NCBI RefSeq assembly: GCF_036588685.1
Contig: NC_086376.1
Span: 4,464,001 to 4,528,000, forward strand
From: Mytilus trossulus
Lineage: Eukaryota
Length of the DNA stretch: 64,000 nt
Direction of reading: 5' to 3'
Of this stretch, positions 51,458 to 62,085 are shown in pieces; positions within the stretch are counted from its first letter, which is position 1; every line of letters starts with the position of its first letter. Below the pieces are notes generated by a model that did not search any database, was not told the origin of the DNA, and saw only the letters and a program-made list of their open reading frames with translations. The translations under genes and the position numbers were made by a program.

Positions 51458-54400
51458 ATGAATACTTTTATTACCTTAGTCCTTGTGTCCGTTTCCTTTG
51501 CAAATGCTGTACCCAGATATGGCGGCGGTAAAGGAGGTTAGTTTTTTAAATTTACATAATATGATTTTTGCTCTATTTTACCAAACTAAGGAAAAATTCG
51601 AAAAGTTTGAATATTTTTTTAAGTGTTTTGGTGATCTATAATTAATTCCTGAAAAAGTTCTTTAAAAAAATAAAAATATCGATTTGTGATGATCTGATTT
51701 CATATTCAATTACTTGATTAAGTTTTACGACGAATTTAACATGACTTAGATTAATGATTGATTATGGTTTGATGAACGTTCAAGGGCTTATATATCGTTC
51801 AAATACAGTGCAGTAACATGAATTAAATACAGGAATTGATAAATTATAAAAATTTAGCCAACCTGGTCTTTAACCTTACAACTGGATAATTATGGATTCC
51901 CCATTTGGTTGTAGCAGGGAATCCATAACATGTTAAGAGCGTTGAACTCTTCACGACTAAAAGCACGTTCGAATCATAATGCTTTAAAAGGTGCCGTTTT
52001 CAAATTTGTACGGTTTCAAATACTCTTGTTAGAACTTTCAAAAATAGTCTACCCCCAAATGTCAGAATAAAAATATTCTCTTTTTTTAATATCTTTATGT
52101 AAATACTTCGGTATGGCAATTGCTTTGCTGGGATTTAGTTCTATACAAATCTGTTAAAACCAATGCGGATTTTATTTTTGGATAAGTTTGTACGACAGTG
52201 GAACGTAAGTCATTGATATTACGTATAAATATCGATCTTTCTAATGAAGTGAGAAATAGTTTTAGATTATAATAATCATCACAAAAAGAATAATTATAGA
52301 AATATGGCACCAATTTTATTTCCAAAATCGATAACATAAGACAGTTTAAAAAAAAGAAATTTTATAGAAAAATGATTGAAATTAACTAGAAAAGAAAAAA
52401 ATTCAAAACAACAAAATGTGTTTTTCTATCATTTAATACCGTTGTATAAATTATTTCAGTAGGTGGATCAATCAGTGGATCAATTGATGGATCTATTGGC
52501 GGAAATGTTGGAAGTGGCTTCGGAAGTGGACTTTCTAGTTCTCTCAGTGGTGCTCTAAGCGGAAACTTGGGTGGTGGCATTGGAAGCGGAATTGGCGGCG
52601 TAGGTGTATCTAACTCTCTCAACGCTGCTCTTAATGGAAATTTGGGAGGTAGTCTAGGAGGTGGATTCGGCGGAAGTGGACTATCCAGTTCACTCAACGC
52701 TGCTTTAAGTGGAAACTTGGCCGGAGGCATCGGAGGTGGTCTTGGCGGTAATGGAATATCCAATACTCTTGCTGGTGCTCTAAGTGGAAATTTGGGAGGT
52801 AGTCTAGGAGGTGGTCTCGGCGGTAGTGGACTATCTAGTTCTCTCAACGCTGCTTTAAGCGGAAATTTGGGAGGAAGTCTAGGAAGCGGTATTAGCAGCA
52901 GTGGCATTTCAGGTTCTCTGGCTGGTGCTCTAAGCGGAAATTTGGGAGGTGGAATTAGTGGTGTTGGTGCCGGCAGATCTATCTCCATCAGCATTAGTGC
53001 ATACCTTAGATTGATTTCCTACATCTCTGCTCTTCAACAAACCATCTCTGCCAATACCTTAGCAGCAAGTTTGAGCGGTGGAATCAGTGGTGGAATCAGT
53101 GGAGGAATCGGTGGTGGAGTAGGAGGTGGATTCATTGGTGGTGCTGGATCTAACTTTGCTGGACAATTTGACGGTGGATTGGCTGGTTCTGTTGGCAGAT
53201 CTGGGTTCGGAACTGGAGTAGGAAGCAGCGGATTTTCTGGACAATTCGGAAGTAGATTCAGTGCACAAAGTGGAATCGGAGGTATTGGAGGAGCCAGTGG
53301 TTTGAGTGGAGGACTTTCCGGAGGATTAAGTGGTGGCATTTCTGGTGGACTAGGAGGTGGTATTGGAGGTGGTGCAGGAGGAATCAGCAGTGCTAGCCTT
53401 CAAGGTCAGTATTCTTCTATGTAAAAAAGTTATACCAATTGAAACAGGAATTCTAAAATATGAAATTTTGCGATACTTTATATGTATGAAGAAACGGAAT
53501 ATGAAATGGACATCTGTTAGTGACTGCTCCAGTAGTACATGTATATATAATCCTGTTAATGACACATTTCAAACTTATGATGAAATATTAGCATAATAAA
53601 CAGCCTGATATATTAGAATAGATAGAAACAAAACACTTAATTAAGTGTTGTAAATAACATTATTTATTTAATAAATACCGACTTAAGATCGATAACGATT
53701 TCCCTCGTTCTTATTTTTTCCCGTTTTTTTACAGGGATGGGGTTTGGGTGCAGTTCAACCATTTGATTGCCTTGAATCGGATGCCATCGATTAATCTTAT
53801 TCAGACGCGCGTCAGCACTGGCGTAACTAATTATGAATCTGGAATGTGCAACCAATGATTCGCTGTATGGTACAGTTTTTCAATTGAGTAAATTACGCGT
53901 TGTTGTGTTTCTATTATTCTTTTTAACTTCATCTATTATCTTATGTCGTTTTCAGCTGCTCTTCAAGGAAGTGTAAGCAGTGGATTCGGAGGCAGATCTG
54001 TTGGAAAAGGTAAGTTTTAAAAAAGTTTTAGATATAACAAGATATATAGATATAAAGATTTAAGATTTAATCAGACATAGAACAAGGACAGTGTTCTCGA
54101 TAGTTCGGGTCAATTTACCTAATATTTTTTAAAAGAAAAACACGAAAGTTATTAATAATCATTGGCAATATTATATCTTATTATTTATAATATGCTCAAA
54201 AAGAAAAAGTGATCAATTACAGTGCACATTAATTTAAATTGATCTCGCCATTTCGGGGTCAAACTCTATTCGAAGATAATGAAATCTTATGAAATGTTGA
54301 TATTAAAAAAAATAATTTAACAGACATCTCTTCAGTTTTATATCAATCTGAACAAAGAAGTTTACATAGTGCTTTGCATATTATTGTATTAACATTCACA

Positions 54401-54647
54401 TATAAAAACAACCAACATAAGAAATATACAATTATTTGAAATGACACACATAATATATATATATAGAAATACCAAAATAATAAGTAAACGTATGATTTGA
54501 AAATAAATTATCAGGGATAAAAAAGTGATAAGTAAAGTTTTATTTAGTGTAATCTATGTTTAGTTTGATAAAAGTGTATGCAAAATATAATGTATTTTTC
54601 AATAAGACATACTAATATATATCATTTGTTTTGTAGGAGCATACTAA
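51458..54647 (+). CDS. Secreted Gly/Ser-rich structural protein, paralog D (362 aa), near-identical to C; coding exons 51458-51536, 52460-53404, 53956-54009, 54637-54647
   Basis: MNTFITLVLVSVSFANA-VPRYGGGKG...ISISISAYLRLISYISALQQTI...RSVGKGAY*; same exon phases as C; AATAAA at 54731. Confidence 0.9.
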
Positions 54648-54885
54648 ATAACACATGTATATTTATTTGACGCCTGAAGTCGATGAACGAACAAATCCAT
54701 TTCTCTTTTATTGTATTTACTTGGTATTAGAATAAACATTGTCATCAGAATCAATTGTGTTTAGTAGTTTGTTTTCCTTTTAATACAGAAATTACAAAAT
54801 ACAAACCACTTCCATAACCAACAATAATTCTAGTCCTTGTTGTTTGATTTTTTTGATTTTCAAAAAATTTGTTTAACGAATCTAA

Positions 54886-55238
54886 TAGATATAGGAAGAT
54901 GTGGTGTGAGTGCCAATGAGACAACTCTCCATCCAAATAACAATTTAAAAATTAAACCATTATAGGTTAAAGTACGGCCTTCAACACGGAGCCTTGGCTC
55001 ACACCGAACAACAAGCTTTAAAGGGCCCCAAAATTACTAGTGTAAAACCATTCAAACGGGAAAACCAACGGTCTAATCTATATAAACAAAACGAGAAACG
55101 AGAAACACGTATATATTACATAAACAAACGACAACTACTGTACATCAGATTCCTGACTTAGGACAGGTGCAAACATTTGCAGCGGGATTAAACGTTTTAA
55201 TGGGCCCAAACCTTCTCCCGTTTTCCGAAACAATAGCA
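54886..55238 (-). mobile_element. Dispersed repeat insertion with target-site duplication downstream of gene D
   Basis: tagatataggaagatgtggtgtgagtgccaatgagacaactctcc... flanked by GAATCTAA (54878-54885 and 55239-55246). Absent at the homologous position of gene C. Related copies at about 23460-23592, 29050-29120 and 35055-35335. Confidence 0.75.
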
Positions 55239-56015
55239 GAATCTAAGACTACTTTTTAATTTCATACTACCAATAACTGTGGAGAAATATACTCTAATGC
55301 TTTACATTTTCAAACTTATTCGGTTTTCAATAGCATGTAGAAACCAGTCGCCCCAAAAAATTTCCCAGCAATAAAGCGTGTTTGGTCAGAATAATTACAT
55401 GTGATTACTTCCTGCTTCTGAACGACTGATATTTGCCCTATTTTATTGACACGAAGACAAAATATCTATGTTTATCCAAAACACCTTGAACAATTCTGCT
55501 GTGAAGCAATCTGACCACGGACTATTATTATTTTTCATCCTTTTCAAAGCTTGTGATATTTCAGTAAAGGTAATATTACCTTCTAGTGAATCCTTTTTAT
55601 TATCTTTTAATTTAGGTGTTAGAAATGGTATTTTCCCTTAAACATTGACTTCTTTTATACACTCTAGTTTTCTGTAAAATTTCTCAAAAAATCAATTTTG
55701 TTTGGTTCAAGATTTCTTTAAAAGTTTTATTTACAACATATTGGGTTAAAAGATTTATATATATATATATGACATGCACACGTATAAAAATTGCGGTTTT
55801 TATCCAACGCAGTCATAGGTTTGAACGTAGTTTTCAATTTAGACTCGTTTATATTTTTTGTTTAGGCATGTATCATATTTTCCCTCCGGTTTATATGATC
55901 CGTTCATCCTATATATTGACTCTTAAAATTCAAGAGTTAATCTAAAAATGAGGGTACTTTCTCTAAAAATGAGGGTGCTTTTTATATGGCCTTCCAAATA
56001 CCGTTTCGATCCCTA

Positions 56016-56059
56016 ACATCACTGAAGAGACATTTATTGTCGAAATCCGGATATGGTGT
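56016..56059 (+). ncRNA. Type I hammerhead ribozyme (copy 1)
   Basis: Stem I ACAUCA/UGGUGU; core CUGAAGA; stem II GACA-UUUAU-UGUC; GAAA; palindromic stem III AUCCGGAU; cleavage triplet AUA (cut after 56053). Confidence 0.85.
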
Positions 56060-56581
56060 ACTAAAGAAACATTGACACCGAATGTTTGTGGCACAACATC
56101 CTGTCCACAAGTTAACAATTTTTTTTTTCTGTGACGTATTAAATTTATAATAAGATCCATTTTGTTACAACCTGTGATCAATTTTATTTGGCAATCGCCA
56201 ATGGCAATCAGCAGGGTTAAAGAACATCAGTTGTTCGACCTGTTAGTCAAATGCGTTTTGTTTAAATATACTTTTTCACTCTTTTGGAAAATGTTGTTTG
56301 TGCTGTTTTTAGACCCTTCTACAACGAAATTTGTTTGACATGCACACGTATAAAAATTGCGGTTTTTATCCAACGCAGTCATAGGTTTGAACGTAGTTTT
56401 CAATTTAGACTCGTTTATATTTTTTGTTTGGGCATGTATCATATTTTCCCTCCGGTTTATATGATCCGTTCATCCTATATATTGACTCTTAAAATTCAAG
56501 AGTTAATCTAAAAATGAGGGTACTTTCTCTAAAAATGAGGGTGCTTTTTATATGGCCTTCCAAATACCGTTTCGATCCCTA

Positions 56582-56625
56582 ACATCACTGAAGAGACATT
56601 TATTGTCGAAATCCGGATATGGTGT
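56582..56625 (+). ncRNA. Type I hammerhead ribozyme (copy 2)
   Basis: Identical to copy 1; predicted cut after 56619. Confidence 0.85.
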
Positions 56626-57147
56626 ACTAAAGAAATATTGACACCGAATGTTTGTGGCACAACATCCTGTCCACAAGTTAACAATTTTTTTTTTCTGTGA
56701 CGTATTAAATTTATAATAAGATCCATTTTGTTACAACCTGTGATCAATTTTATTTGGCAATCGCCAATGGCAGTCAGCAGGGTTAAAGAACATCAGTTGT
56801 TCGACCTGTTAGTCAAATGCGTTTTGTTTAAATATACTTTTTCACTCTTTTGGAAAATGTTGTTTGTGCTGTTTTTAGACCCTTCTACAACGAAATTTGT
56901 TTGACATGCACACGTATAAAAATTGCGGTTTTTATCCAACGCAGTCATAGGTTTGAACGTAGTTTTCAATTTAGACTCGTTTATATTTTTTGTTTGGGCA
57001 TGTATCATATTTTCCCTCCGGTTTATATGATCCGTTCATCCTATATATTGACTCTTAAAATTCAAGAGTTAATCTAAAAATGAGGGTACTTTCTCTAAAA
57101 ATGAGGGTGCTTTTTATATGGCCTTCCAAATACCGTTTCGATCCCTA

Positions 57148-57191
57148 ACATCACTGAAGAGACATTTATTGTCGAAATCCGGATATGGTGT
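57148..57191 (+). ncRNA. Type I hammerhead ribozyme (copy 3)
   Basis: Identical to copy 1; predicted cut after 57185. Confidence 0.85.
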
Positions 57192-57569
57192 ACTAAAGAA
57201 ATATTGACACCGAATGTTTGTGGCACAACATCCTGTCCACAAGTTAACAATTTTTTTTTCTTTCTGTGACGTATTAAATTTATAATAAGATCCATTTTGT
57301 TACAACCTGTGATCAATTTTATTTGGCAATCGCCAATGGCAATCAGCAGGGTTAAAGAACATCAGTTGTTCGACCTGTTAGTCAAATGCGTTTTGTTTTA
57401 ATATACTTTTTCACTCTTTTGGAAAATGTTGTTTGTGCTGTTTTTAGACCCTTCTACAACGAAATTTGTTTGACATGCACACGTATAAAAATTGCGGTTT
57501 TTATCCAACTCAGTCATAGGTTTGAACGTAGTTTTCAATTTAGACTCGTTTATATATAACTATATATAT

Positions 57570-57792
57570 ACAACTCGTCTAAACATCAACCCAACAATGT
57601 TAGATCTGTAAATTTACTTTCGCAAATTTTTGGTTCTTCCCTCGCCGGGATTCGAACCCATGCTACTGTGATATCGTGACACCAAATCGCCTGCACTGCA
57701 GCCGTCCCGCTAGACCACACGACCACCTGGGCTCTCAAAAAAAGAGCTTTCGGTGGGCATATGTTACCTTTCCACGTCAGTTAAAATCTAGT
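57570..57792 (-). mobile_element. tRNA-derived SINE inserted in (TA)n
   Basis: Minus strand shows A-box-like TGGTCGTGTGG and B-box GGTTCGAATCC, followed by a tRNA-unrelated tail ending in (TA)n; truncated relative at 16935-17030. Confidence 0.75.
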
Positions 57793-57807
57793 TATATATA
57801 TATATAT

Positions 57808-58037
57808 ATAGTATCTTGTGGGAACGACATAACAATCTTGTTGGAACAACATAACATCTTGAGGGAACGAGATAGTATTTTGAGGGAACGACATAGTATC
57901 TTGTGGGGACGACATAGTATCTTGAGGGAACGAGATAACTATCTTGTGGGAACGACATATCATCTTGAGGGAACGACATAGTATCTTGAGGGAGCAACAT
58001 ATTTTTGTTTCTTTCATGGCCGCATTCTGCCACCGTA
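57808..58037. repeat. 21-22-bp minisatellite (about 9 copies), probably one arm of a foldback MITE
   Basis: atagtatcttg(a/t)gggaacga(c/g) repeated; terminates in ...ccaccgta, similar to the ...ttccgta end of the 10257-11274 element. Confidence 0.8.
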
Positions 58038-59039
58038 CAATGCAATACTGAAGCAAATATTCTCTCGATACAAAACACATTTCTGCTTAACTGACACCCA
58101 TTACATTGTCAATTACTTTCTTTTTCTCACAAAATTAGTACTTTCTATCTTTACACATGTTATGACTTTTAGACTTTTATTAAACCAGACACAATGTTCT
58201 TTTAAAGAATTCAGTCCTTCAAATATTTCTTGTAACAAAATAACATGATCTCCTCTGTGTATTACGAAAAACAAATCAACATTGTCATAAAACGTCACAA
58301 AACTTAATTCAATAATGTTTATAAGAAAATACATTACTAGTCAGCACATGGCGATTGTTTTGTTTGAACTATCTTTTGTGTGTGCTAATTAGACTGTTCG
58401 AATGGTATTCATAATACTTTTTTGTGCCAGTTCGTCTTTAAATTGCACACGGTATTCTGCTTTCCATTTCTTTTCCTCGCCGCATTTTGTAAGTCAGGAG
58501 CTTATAATGAAGTGGTTGTTTTTCTTGCTGTGTATTTTTATTATTGTTTTAAACATCAGGCCATGAGGTTCTCTTTTGAATTGTTTTTACATTTTAAATT
58601 TCTATGCCTTTTATAGCTTACTGTGTGGTTTATGTTTTTCTCATTGTTGAGGGCCGTACGGTGACCTATAATTAGCGATATAACTTTTATGTCATTTGTT
58701 CTCTGTTTGAGATTTGTCTCAATCATACCATATCTTTTTTTTTACTATTTAAAGAAATTCCTATGCCTCGTTTGCCGAGTGATCATAAAGAGTTTATTTG
58801 CATGCAGTAATCACTATATCATGTCAACATTGAGGTTGTGAAATAAACCCAGCTCGTTTTTATAAGGGTGTTCGACTACGATCCTTAATTTCTAGGATTG
58901 CCATTGTCAGTATTCTCCTGTTCCCACGAAGGTCAATGTCCTATTCTAAATCTTGAACGATCCTTAAAAAGTTTATTTAGATTTCTTTTATAAAAAAGTA
59001 CATTTTTTGCCATATTTCGATTTCAGACTTATTAGATAT

Positions 59040-59340
59040 CGAACTATTGGACGTCGGACTATTTGGGTGTCGGATTAATGGCGTATCGGACTACTTGGGT
59101 GTCGGACCAATAGAGTGTCGGAATAATGGGGTGTCAGAATATATAGCTATATAGGCTGCCCTATATATAATGGTTTACTTTTACAAACTGTGACTTGGAT
59201 GAGAAAGTTGAGAAAATCAGCGGACAAAAAGCTAAATTATTGGACGAAAAACAAAACGGACAAAAAACAAAAGTGTCGAAAAAAATTATAGACAAAAAGC
59301 AAAACTCGAAAAGCAAAAGTGTCTGACAAAAAGCACCGTA
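59040..59340. repeat. Degenerate short sub-repeat arrays (gtcggactatt/ggtgtcgga; ggacaaaaagc)
   Basis: About 18-bp units at 59040-59140 and about 17-20-bp units at 59220-59335; likely MITE arms. Confidence 0.55.
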
Positions 59341-60887
59341 TCGTTCGCTTTCAAAAATATACTGCGAAAAAAAAAATGAAAATTGAAAATTATTGATACA
59401 AAATAAAACAATCTTACATTTGTATTTATAGAAATAAAAGTTATAAAGGTGGGATAAATAGACTGATATGGCTATAATTCACCTAGTCTGTGTGGTATTA
59501 TAAGATATTTAGATTCAATGGCATTGCACGATTTCATCTCTATTCACCAACAAAAGAGACCCGGGTTAGACATACAAATCTATTTTGTCTTTACCTATAA
59601 CAAATATCAATAATCATATAATTGAAGAATGATTTAAAGTCTTCGTATCCTCAGATCTTTCACGATGTTCAAGAAACTGTCTTCAAAAAGATGCATTCTG
59701 ATATGCTTACTGTACATCACGTGTTATTCCTTAAGCAATTGCATTACACAATAAAATATATCCTTCACGATAACACGAGGTCCCACAATAAAGTGCACAA
59801 GTGAATTTAATACAAAAATAATAAAAAAAAAAACGTGTTTCCATGATCCTAGATAAAAATGTAATTAGAAGTATAGGAAGCTTCTTTTTGTAATTTCATA
59901 GGGTTGTAAGAATGAAGCGCTTCATAAATATCATGATAAATTGAAATGTGACCAGTATAGCTACTAAAAAACGTGGATTTTTTTAAATGAAAAAAAATGT
60001 GTGGACTTGGACGGCGTTTTTTGTTAACTTAAGCAGAACTTATCATTTTGGACTTTAACGGTGCCACAACGGTGTCATGAGAACTACTTACTGTTCCAGA
60101 ACAGTTCTCTTGACAGTAACTTAATGTTAGAAGTGATCTCTACTGTAAACTAGTAAAGGTTGCACTATGTAGATACAGCTGTTTCTCAAAACACGCTTCT
60201 TTTGGGGAGGTCTTAAATATTCATAGTAAATTAATTTTGTTAACATACTGGTTCCCACTTATGCTCTCTGTGTTCCATCTCACAGAGACATAACTTGGGA
60301 ATGTTACCAGTAAATAAACATGTGCATATTGTTTACATTGAAATATGTGGTAACTTTTCATTCGAGGTAGGGGTAGTTAAGAAAATTAGTGTTAGTTTAA
60401 ACTCTGAGAAGTTCAGAGCATATAAACGTTGAAAATATGCCGCACAGCCCTATATTTTGACCTTTGAAAAAAATTGTGGTGCACTGTGATGAACTTTCAA
60501 TTCTAGGATAAGATTTTTTTTAAACTTCATAGTTAAAGTGGTACAGTTTTAGCCGTAAAAGGAGTTCCTATGGGAAATTGCATTTTCAATGCAACCTAAA
60601 GCATATCTCATTCGTTCACAGTAAAACATGTCACCAGAATGTTTTGGGATGTTTCAGGAAAAATATGTTTAGTGTTTGCGTTTCTCGGGTAACAATACAA
60701 AGATTGGTTCCCGGCTATATCCATGCGACTCCAAGTACTCTTCTAAAGATTTTTTGTAGAAGAATCATTAAAATGAAAATTAAATCTGACGTCGAATATT
60801 GTAGATTTTTTTTATATTGGATGACATTAATGAAATTTACGATGATTATTAGAAAATTAGGACACGCCAGTTCCAACTCTTAATGGA

Positions 60888-61238
60888 TAAAATAGAGAAT
60901 GGAAATGGGGAATGTGTCAAAGAGACAACAACCCGAACATAGAAAAAACAACAACAGAAGATCACCAACAGGTCTTCAATGTAGCGAGAAATTCCCGCAC
61001 CCGGAGGCGTCCTTCAGCTGGCCCCTAAACAAATATATACTAGTTCAGTGATAATGAACGCCATACTAATTTCCAAATTGTACACAAGAAACTAAAATAA
61101 AATAATACAAGACTTACAAAGACCAGAGGCTCCGGGTGCGGGAATTTCTCGCTCTGCGTTGAATACCTTTTGGTGACCTCCTGCTGTTGTCTGTTCTCTG
61201 GTCAAGTACACATTCCCAATTTCCATTCTCAATTTTAT
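60888..61238. mobile_element. Inverted pair of PLE 3'-end repeats
   Basis: Minus-strand copy at 60888 to about 61132 switches at ggctcc|gggtgcgggaatttctcgct to a plus-strand copy ending ttccattctcaattttat. Confidence 0.7.
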
Positions 61239-61609
61239 GAGAAACGCAATGAACTTGTATTCTACAATTCAGGTTTTTTGAAAAGTTGTGATCCAAAGGT
61301 TATTGACCATCGGAAATTTGCAATAAAAATAAAAGTTAGGACTAGCTGAGCTTCTTTAAGGTTCACCATATTCTACATATCATATACAAGACAAAAATCG
61401 ACAAAATTATTGTATAGTTTCAGATAATACCTAAAAAATCAAATGGTCCAGGCTTTAAGTCCGACTGGTTAAGCAAAATTGAGTTAGGAAAGCAGAAAGA
61501 AAAAATGTCACGAACACAGCGATTTTTTTCTTTGTACCAAGTGACTTTGTTTTTACACTTATTGTATAATTACACCAAATGCAAAAACAGAGCACAGTTC
61601 CAATGGTCA

Positions 61610-62085
61610 TAAAGGCCCAAGTAGTACAACTCATGTTTTGTCCTCTCCATAGGTCCAAACTTATGTCTGCAGGGTCTAACATGCCTACCCCTAATTTTAA
61701 CAAAAACTGACAAACATTCCTTTTGGTAAATGTTTAACCACTAGGTACAAATGATAGGTAATGGTCTAAGGTTGAATGGGCCTAAAGGTTAAGGTGGGAC
61801 ATTTCATAGTTTGTCTTCACCATAGATCCAAACATAGATATTTTATGGTTTGTCTTCAAAAAGTCCGAACTTGGGTCTAAATGGCCTAACATGCCTACCC
61901 CAAATGTTTTAAAGAGTGTCAAAATTTCCCTTCGTCAATACTTTTTACCTACTATGTGCATTTTATAGGTAATGGTCAAATGTCTAATGGGCCAAAAGGC
62001 CCAGGTGGGACAACTGATGGTTTGTTTTCACCAAAGTTCCGAGTTTAGGTCTAAAGAGTCTAACATGCCTACCCCTAATTTTTAG
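61610..62085. repeat. Diverged tandem repeat of about 175-210-bp units (about 2.5 copies)
   Basis: ctaacatgcctacccc recurs at about 61677, 61887 and 62061, with shared aggcccaggtgggaca / ataggtaatggtc segments. Confidence 0.65.

Larger units (their letters stand above)
55771..57555 (+). repeat. Tandem array of 566-bp units (3 full plus about 85 bp) embedded in (TA)n; retrozyme-like
   Basis: Units start at 55771, 56337, 56903 and 57472 with only a few differences; (TA)n on both flanks; each full unit contains a hammerhead ribozyme. Confidence 0.95.

Noticed and set aside
14283-53339. Proline-rich minus-strand ORFs (14283-14774, 27518-27955, 40354-40944, 52386-52994, 53034-53339) and the ORFs at 16428-16747
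   Set aside because: Antisense or alternative-frame shadows of GGN-rich codons and coding repeats in the plus-strand genes; no splice or promoter support of their own.
55963-57316. Repeated 71-75 aa ORFs on both strands inside the 566-bp array
   Set aside because: They recur only because the DNA is tandemly repeated; non-ATG starts and no recognisable domain. The ribozyme explains the unit better.
57640-57734. Possible tRNA gene
   Set aside because: A and B boxes are present, but the spacing is too long, I could not fold a cloverleaf, and it has a SINE tail and a second dispersed copy.
57808-58000. Short regularly repeated units resembling a CRISPR array
   Set aside because: No unique spacers, eukaryotic context and no cas genes; it is a minisatellite.
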